61,535 bases of DNA from Kiritimatiellia bacterium. GTDB taxonomy: Bacteria; Verrucomicrobiota; Kiritimatiellia; RFP12; UBA1067. The DNA is taken from the NCBI GenBank assembly GCA_046482825.1, contig JAWOEI010000109.1:1-61535 (forward strand). Direction: 5' to 3'. The notes beneath the pieces were generated by a model. That model was not told where the DNA came from and made no database searches. It was given only the letters and a program-made list of their open reading frames with translations. This document shows positions 55,738 to 61,535 of the stretch, in pieces; the stretch's first letter is position 1, and every line of letters starts with the position of its first letter. The translations under genes and the position numbers were made by a program.

Positions 55738-56295
55738 CTACCTGTTGATGATTTGTGATCTGATCTGGTGCTGCTGGTTGTAACGCCTATCCCCTACCGG
55801 CATGGTCAGATCCAGATTAACGCGGATAGATTGATTGGAAGTATTGTGGGAAAACACATCTTCAGTCTGAAATTCAATGGTCCCCGGTGAAAGCCAGCGC
55901 TGACCGTTTCCTATCTCCGCCTTCAGCTTTTTGTTACGGCCCAGTGAGATAACGTTTTTCCGCCCCTTGCGAGGTTTGAACTGAATCCCTTTTCCCCATC
56001 GCCCGGAACCGCCGCCTGTTTCCTTTATAATTAATTCGGTTTGATCCGCATTCATCAGCCCCCCGTCTGAATTCACGCGGAATAGCAGTTTTTCCCGCAT
56101 TTCCCGCGATTTCAGAGATAGATGCGTTTCTGCAAAAGTTGCCTCCAGCAAACGTTGTGCCGAGACAATTGTAATGCATATCTGTCCAAAAATAATGACT
56201 GTGATGGAGCTTGCGATAAGGGTTTCAATAAGAGTAAATCCGCTGTTGCCACTCCGTTTTGATCCGGATTGATTCATATTTGTTTTGATTTGCAT
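55738..56295 (-). CDS. Prepilin-type N-terminal cleavage/methylation domain protein (pseudopilin)
   Basis: 'GNSGFTLIETLIASSITVIIFG' is a class-III signal (G|FTLIE). The first ATG is at 56295. The track's GTG at 56322 would overlap the upstream gene by 20 nt. Confidence 0.8.
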   Translation of the reverse strand: MQIKTNMNQSGSKRSGNSGFTLIETLIASSITVIIFGQICITIVSAQRLLEATFAETHLSLKSREMREKLLFRVNSDGGLMNADQTELIIKETGGGSGRWGKGIQFKPRKGRKNVISLGRNKKLKAEIGNGQRWLSPGTIEFQTEDVFSHNTSNQSIRVNLDLTMPVGDRRYNQQHQIRSQIINR

Positions 56296-56302
56296 AATCT
56301 TG

Positions 56303-56758
56303 TCAGAAGATCCTCCTGTCACTTTGGTATCTGATTATTGTATGATCAGTAGTTAATGCTTTATAATTGCCGTTTCCGACAGGCCATGCCACATTGGTCC
56401 TTATAACCCATCTGTTAGCCGGCATGCCTAAAGGGGTAATTGAACGAAGAAGATATGCCTGCTGTCCTCCATGCCAGACAGACGTCATCTGACTGTCGAC
56501 AACGGACCAGTCTGACTGTGCAGCAGGTACTGATGTTTCAAACCACTCTGTGTGCCTGTTAAAAATTTCCCATGCCTCATCAAAAGCAATTTCATCGGCA
56601 GCCAGCTGCCATTTTATAGAGTTGCATATGTTCCGGCAGGTGGCAATTGATTCGAACAGAGTCAGTATAAGCAGAAGTGCCAAAGAAGAGGCAAACATAA
56701 GTTCTATCAGGGTAAAACCGCTGTTGCGGTCCGATTTTGATTGTGTGTATGTACTCAT
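56303..56758 (-). CDS. Prepilin-type N-terminal cleavage/methylation domain protein (pseudopilin)
   Basis: 151 aa. 'SDRNSGFTLIELMFASSLALLLILTLF'. It is the first gene of the cassette. Confidence 0.8.
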   Translation of the reverse strand: MSTYTQSKSDRNSGFTLIELMFASSLALLLILTLFESIATCRNICNSIKWQLAADEIAFDEAWEIFNRHTEWFETSVPAAQSDWSVVDSQMTSVWHGGQQAYLLRSITPLGMPANRWVIRTNVAWPVGNGNYKALTTDHTIIRYQSDRRIF

Positions 56759-57538
56759 TTTTTCCCTGTAGTGTTCTCCCTAATAACAGTCCGAGTCCAG
56801 TAAAACTTCCAGTCTTAACACCAAATCCGGTCTGAAAAGCTACTTAATTATTAGCTTATTATTATAAGCTCTATATGGCACAGCAATACAGAATATGTCG
56901 GAGCAATTTAGATGCTATACTATAGAATTTATTTTATACCTAATTTGTTAAACTTAGTAATCAGCAGTTTGTCTTTATGAAAAGGGATATGCGCTGTTTG
57001 CTTCTGAGTATTATTGAGTATAAGATTATAGTTAATCGGATTAAATTTAAAATAAAGGTGTTTATGATATTGTCAATTATGCGAAAAATTTGAATTATGC
57101 GAAAATATAATCGCCACTGAAGGAAGAAATATTTTGTTCCAGTAAAAGGCGCGAGTAAATGTTAGCGAAAAGTGAAGTGATTTTGCTATAGTCGGAACAG
57201 AACGATTTCAGAGGGGAACATCAATTCAGCTGATAAATGAACAGGGTCTTAAGATAATATAAGACTCATATCTCGTAACGAAGGACGGCATGAAATGTTT
57301 GACGCCGTCTTCGCGTGAAATCGCAGTATTGTAGATAGCCCCCGTTCGGAAACCTTTTAGAACGCCTCGAAATACGGAATTTGTGCGCCGAATCCTTGAC
57401 GAAGGAACATGCTGAATACGTGATGCCCCTCCTTCGCCGTTTAGTTATGGCAGACAAGCAGATCAGACAGACTGAAAACAGGTGTTGGCGGGTGACGTTA
57501 ATCAGGAATTGTCAAATGCGAAGAACAGGAAACAAAAT

Positions 57539-58153
57539 ATGGATATAAAAGTGATTGGCGTTGGGCCTTATGAGGTCAACTGTACGATTTTATGGAAGGA
57601 TCCGGAGAAGGCCTGGCTTATCGATCCGGGGGCTGATGCGGATCGCATTAAGTCTGTACTGGATGGTAATGGATTGACATTGGGTGTTGTCGTGCTGACA
57701 CACAGCCATTTTGATCATATATCAGCGTTAAACCGTGTGCTGGACGGATTAAAAGTTCCTGTTTATATGCACAGAAATGATGAAGCGTTTGCTTTTTCGC
57801 CAATGAACAGCATGCCCCCTTATCCTGTCACAGAAAGACCGCCAACTCTGAATCTGGAAAAAAATGATGGCGATATGATTGAATGCGGCGGTCTTGCGGC
57901 GCGTATTCTTACAACCCCGGGGCATACACCAGGAGGCTGGTGTCTTTACTTCAAAGAGCATAGTCTGCTGTTTGCCGGCGACACCCTTTTCGCTGGCTCC
58001 GTCGGGCGTACTGACCTGCCTGGCGGCGACTGGGATATGCTCACGGCTTCGCTCCGGAAGTTAAAAAAGCTCCCCGGCAACACACGTGTTATTTGCGGAC
58101 ACGGACCCGAAACTACCATCGGAACCGAGAAACAACGTAATCCTTATTTATGA
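57539..58153 (+). CDS. MBL-fold metallo-hydrolase (glyoxalase II-like)
   Basis: 204 aa from ATG 57539. 'VVLTHSHFDHI', 'TPGHTPG', 'GDTLFAGSVGRTD'. Its stop overlaps the birA start (ATGA). Confidence 0.85.
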   Translation: MDIKVIGVGPYEVNCTILWKDPEKAWLIDPGADADRIKSVLDGNGLTLGVVVLTHSHFDHISALNRVLDGLKVPVYMHRNDEAFAFSPMNSMPPYPVTERPPTLNLEKNDGDMIECGGLAARILTTPGHTPGGWCLYFKEHSLLFAGDTLFAGSVGRTDLPGGDWDMLTASLRKLKKLPGNTRVICGHGPETTIGTEKQRNPYL

Positions 58154-59154
58154 GCACCTCTTCAAAAATTTTGGAACTGCTGAAAAACAGTTCTGCCGAA
58201 ACGATGTCCAGCAGCGTTCTGTGTGAAGCGCTCGGAATATCCCGCAATGCGGTGTGGAAGCATGTCAATGCGCTGAGAGCACGCGGATATGTTATCGATG
58301 CCCATTCGCGTTGCGGTTACCGGCTGGTGGAGTCACCTGACAGACCGTGTGCGTCTGAGGTGATTCCGCTGCTGAATACGGAATTTGCCGGGCGCTCCCT
58401 GATTTTCAAGGAGAACACAGTGTCAACAAACAGCGATGCTTCCTCAGGCGCGGAGAACGGCTGCGCAGACGGGACGCTTTTCTGCGCGGATGCGCAGAGC
58501 GGCGGTCGCGGACGTATGAAGCGCCATTGGTTTTCTCCCTCGGGAATAAATCTTTATTTCTCGCTGGTCCTGCGTCCCGGAATACCTGTAAGCCAGGCAT
58601 CCTCCCTTCCGCTGGTTGCGGGCATCGGGCTTGTTTCCGCTATTAAAAAACTGGCCCCAGAACTGAATCCGCAGGTAAAGTGGCCTAATGATATCCTGAT
58701 TGACGGTAAGAAGGTCTGCGGTATCCTCTGTGAGATGCAGGCTGAGATCGATTGTCGTGTCAGATATATAATTGCCGGCGCCGGGATCAATGTCAATCTC
58801 GCGCAATCAGCTCTGCCCGGGAATTTACAGGAAATCGCGACATCATTGAAAATTGAATGTAGGCGTAATTTTTCCCGGACACAACTGCTGGCGGAGATAA
58901 TCAATCAGTTTGAACCCCTTTATACCTCGTGGGTAAACAACGGATTTGCGCCCCTGAAAACGCGGATGGATGAATTTGATGCCTTGAAAAACCGCCCTGT
59001 TCAGATTCAGCAGGGGAAACATCTGCTTTCCGGTATTGCCTGTGGTGTGCAAGATGATGGAGCTTTGCTGATTCATACTGGCAAAGGAATGGAACTTGCA
59101 TATTCCGGTGAAATCAAAGCTGCTTTCAGCGGGAACCAAACACTGACAAAATAA
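58150..59154 (+). CDS. birA: Bifunctional biotin-[acetyl-CoA-carboxylase] ligase / repressor BirA
   Basis: 334 aa. N-terminal wHTH 'LCEALGISRNAVWKHVNALRARGY', 'GGRGRMKRHW', 'KWPNDILIDGKKVCGIL'. Confidence 0.9.
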   Translation: MSTSSKILELLKNSSAETMSSSVLCEALGISRNAVWKHVNALRARGYVIDAHSRCGYRLVESPDRPCASEVIPLLNTEFAGRSLIFKENTVSTNSDASSGAENGCADGTLFCADAQSGGRGRMKRHWFSPSGINLYFSLVLRPGIPVSQASSLPLVAGIGLVSAIKKLAPELNPQVKWPNDILIDGKKVCGILCEMQAEIDCRVRYIIAGAGINVNLAQSALPGNLQEIATSLKIECRRNFSRTQLLAEIINQFEPLYTSWVNNGFAPLKTRMDEFDALKNRPVQIQQGKHLLSGIACGVQDDGALLIHTGKGMELAYSGEIKAAFSGNQTLTK

Positions 59155-59230
59155 TATGCGCTGTCTATATATTTCATCAACAGAAAGTTATTTTATAGTG
59201 TTTAAATTCGTGCGGCGTAGGAAGGGCTAC

Positions 59231-59438
59231 GCAGCTGTAGGCCGGGTCCCCGACCCGGCGCACCAACGCAACTGTAGGCCGGGTGCCCCACCCGGCGCAC
59301 TACGCAGCTGTAGGCCGGGTCCCCCACCCGGCGCACTACCCGGCGCACCAACGCAGCTGTAGGCCGGGTGCCCGACCCGGCGCACCAACGCAACTGTAGG
59401 CCGGGTGCCCCACCCGGCGCACTACCCGGCGCACCAAC
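59231..59438 (+). repeat. Tandem array of five GTAG-headed REP units (36-49 nt each)
   Basis: The units start at 59231, 59268, 59304, 59353 and 59390. Each is 'gca(g/a)ctgtaggccgggt(c/g)ccc(g/c)acccggcgcac...'. Confidence 0.9.
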
Positions 59439-59495
59439 GCCCGGCGAGGGCATCCGCTGTCGTCCTGCAAGCGGATCGAAGAAAAGGATACGGCA

Positions 59496-60299
59496 ATGCC
59501 ATTATCATACAAACCAACACAGAATAAAGTCGGCCTGAAACGTGCAATCCGTCGTTCGATCAACGGACTCGGCCGCCGGTGCCGCTGCTGTATCTGCGGC
59601 AGGACTTTCTATAAATTTTCTGAATACAGAGGCGGCTGGAATGCAGTTTCATCATATCTTAAGGAACTTGAATGGACCGGCAGCGACTTCGACCGCTTCT
59701 GGTGTCCGTTCTGCCGCAGCCATGACCGTGAACGTCATCTCAAACTCTATTTTGATGCGCTTGATTTCTGGCTCCGCTTCAAAAGTGCATCCGTTCTTCA
59801 TATAGCACCTGAAAAACATATTTCACGGGCGGTGGAAGGCTGTAATCCCGAAAGATATGTCAAAGGAGATTTGGAGCCGGTCAGAAATGACATACGGAAA
59901 ATGGATGTAACCGATATAAACGAATCAGACAGCTCATTTGATATTGCAATCTGTAATCACGTGCTTGAACATGTTCCTGATGACAGAAAAGCATTATGTG
60001 AGCTGTTCCGGGTTCTGAAGCCTGGCGGAATAGCCATACTGCAAACTCCCTATGCGCTTAAACTCACTGAAACCCGTGAGCAGGATCCTTCTGTCGTCAC
60101 CGGAACGCAGCGACTGGAGTTTTATGGTCAGGAAGATCATATCCGCCTCTACGGACTTGATCTGCCAGAGCGTATCCGCGAAGCCGGATTTGATCTTACA
60201 CTGAAAACACACACTCAGCTTCTGCCGGATATCGACTGCGTTGCGTTCGGGGTGAACCAGGCTGAACCGCTTTTTTATGCGCAAAAACCTGTTGTTTAA
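59496..60299 (+). CDS. Class I SAM-dependent methyltransferase with N-terminal Cys-rich (zinc-ribbon-like) segment
   Basis: 267 aa. 'CCICGRTF...WCPFCRSHDRERH', then 'FDIAICNHVLEHVPDDRKALCELFRVLKPGGIAIL'. Confidence 0.8.
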   Translation: MPLSYKPTQNKVGLKRAIRRSINGLGRRCRCCICGRTFYKFSEYRGGWNAVSSYLKELEWTGSDFDRFWCPFCRSHDRERHLKLYFDALDFWLRFKSASVLHIAPEKHISRAVEGCNPERYVKGDLEPVRNDIRKMDVTDINESDSSFDIAICNHVLEHVPDDRKALCELFRVLKPGGIAILQTPYALKLTETREQDPSVVTGTQRLEFYGQEDHIRLYGLDLPERIREAGFDLTLKTHTQLLPDIDCVAFGVNQAEPLFYAQKPVV

Positions 60300-60462
60300 T
60301 GCGCCCTTTTCGACAAGCTCAGGGCAGGCGAATGCGCAAGTGCGTAAATCAGGATGAGGACGATATGCTCTGTGAGCTATGAGTTGAGAGATGTGTTCAA
60401 AACAATTTGCAACCTGCATCTCGCATTTTACAGTTCTCTGAAATCTATTTAAAGGGGAGAGC

Positions 60463-61122
60463 ATGATAAAACTGAGAATTTTCGGAATTTCGCTGATACT
60501 CGGAACTTGTCTGGGAGCTGCGTCTTTCCTGTGGATAACACATGATACCCGTCCTGTGCTGGTATGCCTGGGTGACAGTCTGACTTCGTGCGGCGGGAAA
60601 GACGGCAGATACAGCGATCACCTCCAGCGTATGCTGCCGCATGTTCGTGTGATAAACACCGGTATAGGTGGCGATACACTTGAGGGCGCGCGTAAACGAT
60701 ATAAAGAAGATGTTCTGAAAGAGCATCCGGATGTGGTTGTCGTGGCACTCGGTGCCAACGATTTCTGGCGGCGCTCCCGTTCTGTCAGAGAAATGCGTGA
60801 TGATCTGGTTGCCATGATTGCCGATTTCCAAAATCACGGCGCCCGGGTGATTGTGGCCAGTTGTTTTGGAGATCGGGATTACTGGAGTGAGCACTCCGTT
60901 GAGTTTGACTGCCGGCTTTTCGATCTGGCATGGCGATTCGCACAGATGGAGCGTGATGTCGTTCAGGAGTACGACTGCCTCTATCTTCCTAACATGCAGG
61001 TTGATATAAAACCGAACCGACTCAAACCCTATTGGGATATGACGGATCATCCCGACTCAGCTGGCAACGTGCAGATAGCACTCCGCCTGCTTCCCTATGT
61101 CAATAAAGCATTACGACAGTAG
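60463..61122 (+). CDS. SGNH/GDSL-family hydrolase
   Basis: 219 aa. Block I 'VCLGDSLT', block III 'GANDF', and a C-terminal 'DHPD'. 'ggggagag' lies upstream of the ATG. Confidence 0.8.
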   Translation: MIKLRIFGISLILGTCLGAASFLWITHDTRPVLVCLGDSLTSCGGKDGRYSDHLQRMLPHVRVINTGIGGDTLEGARKRYKEDVLKEHPDVVVVALGANDFWRRSRSVREMRDDLVAMIADFQNHGARVIVASCFGDRDYWSEHSVEFDCRLFDLAWRFAQMERDVVQEYDCLYLPNMQVDIKPNRLKPYWDMTDHPDSAGNVQIALRLLPYVNKALRQ

Positions 61123-61159
61123 CCGCCGCACAGATCCGCGTAGATTCGTAGTTATTTTC

Positions 61160-61439
61160 TCAACCACGGAAAACACGAACCACACGAAAGGAAGAAAGCT
61201 GTGGCATCTGCGATGCCTGACACAGACAGAAACCGGATAGTTCCTGAAAACAAGTTTTCCGCACTATTCAGTTCTGCCTGTTACCGGTTGCACCGGAACA
61301 GCTTTCTTCTCTGCCGGAAACGGCAACGACAACATACAGGCAAAAAATCACACAACAGCGAAGGCAACACCTCCCTAATCTCCTTTTTCGTGGCATTCGT
61401 GGTTAAACAACAGCGAAGGCAGCACCTCCCTACCTAATT
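61160..61439. repeat. ~280-bp segment bounded by imperfect inverted copies of the V-family repeat
   Basis: The left boundary is 'aaccacggaaaacacgaaccacacgaaagg'. The right boundary is 'ctttttcgtggcattcgtggtt'. Internally, 'acagcgaaggca(a/g)cacctcccta' occurs twice in direct orientation. Confidence 0.55.
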
Positions 61440-61500
61440 TTTTGTCACTGATTGTTTCTATGAACACGGTGACACCCGGCGTGACCGGCACAACCAGACG

Positions 61501-61529
61501 CAATGTAGTAGCCGCTTTATAAGCGGCAC
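61501..61529 (+). repeat. Second-family REP (GTAGTAG head) at the window edge
   Basis: 'caatgtagta-gccgctt-tat-aagcggc-ac'. It is the mirror image of the units at 45174-45200 and 45615-45641. Confidence 0.65.
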
Positions 61530-61535
61530 AAACCA

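Noticed and set aside
59231-59438. I considered a CRISPR array because of the regularly spaced GC-rich palindromic units.
   Set aside because: The units abut each other with no unique spacers. Unit length varies (36-49 nt). The same unit occurs singly at four other loci, and no cas genes are present.
59156-59563. ORFs 59156..59362(+), 59202..59453(-) and 59336..59563(-), with repetitive 'RRVGDPAYSC / GRVPDPAH' peptides. Likewise 44734..45117, 49870..50202, 37204..37437 and 61201..61437.
   Set aside because: They are read-through translations of REP and mosaic repeats. The same peptide words appear wherever the DNA repeat occurs, frames are not conserved between copies, and there are no start-site signals.
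1-61535. I looked for tRNA, rRNA or tmRNA genes, prophage or IS elements, toxin-antitoxin pairs, and defence-system hallmarks (reverse transcriptase, nucleases with ATPases, cas).
   Set aside because: I could recognise none in any frame or intergenic region. The only mobile-looking DNA is the non-autonomous repeat set described above.

Overview
This 61.5-kb window looks like bacterial chromosome, not a plasmid or phage. I saw no rRNA, tRNA, CRISPR array, transposase, integrase or phage gene. By inference from gene content, the source is probably a PVC-superphylum bacterium (Kiritimatiellota, Lentisphaerota or Verrucomicrobiota-like). The cues are a beta-helical adhesin with autotransporter-associated repeats, GFTLIE-type pseudopilins, two DUF1080 proteins, a XylR-type hybrid regulator, and an Exb motor paired with a prenyltransferase-like protein.

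Most genes are housekeeping:
- ruvB, hisF, hisH, a lolC/E-like permease gene with lolD, asd, fabH
- the envelope block bamA-skp-lpxD-htrA
- recJ, def, lipA, birA

These are interleaved with carbohydrate genes: a rhamnulokinase, a sialate O-acetylesterase, an Fkp-like fucokinase, and a twin beta-propeller operon next to a XylR-type regulator.

Three things deserve a second look:
1. 5.6-13.3 kb holds an ExbB-ExbD-ExbD motor with no canonical TonB. The last gene has TonB-like topology but an alpha/alpha-toroid (prenyltransferase-like) periplasmic head. Two TPR proteins precede the motor.
2. 50.2-56.8 kb holds a minor-pseudopilin cassette: two GFTLIE pilin-like genes, a 580-aa GspK/PilX-like gene and a small bitopic protein. 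A 1043-aa internally duplicated adhesin follows. The cassette has a 780-bp AT-rich leader, and a C10 homopolymer sits in front of the adhesin.
3. An unusually rich, modular set of intergenic repeats. It includes a ~310-bp structured element in three near-identical copies and GTAG-headed REP hairpins with compensatory stem changes, among them a 5-unit tandem array. It also includes a REPIN-like inverted doublet and a 48-bp perfect palindrome upstream of fkp.

All functional calls come from reading motifs in the supplied translations. No database search was run.
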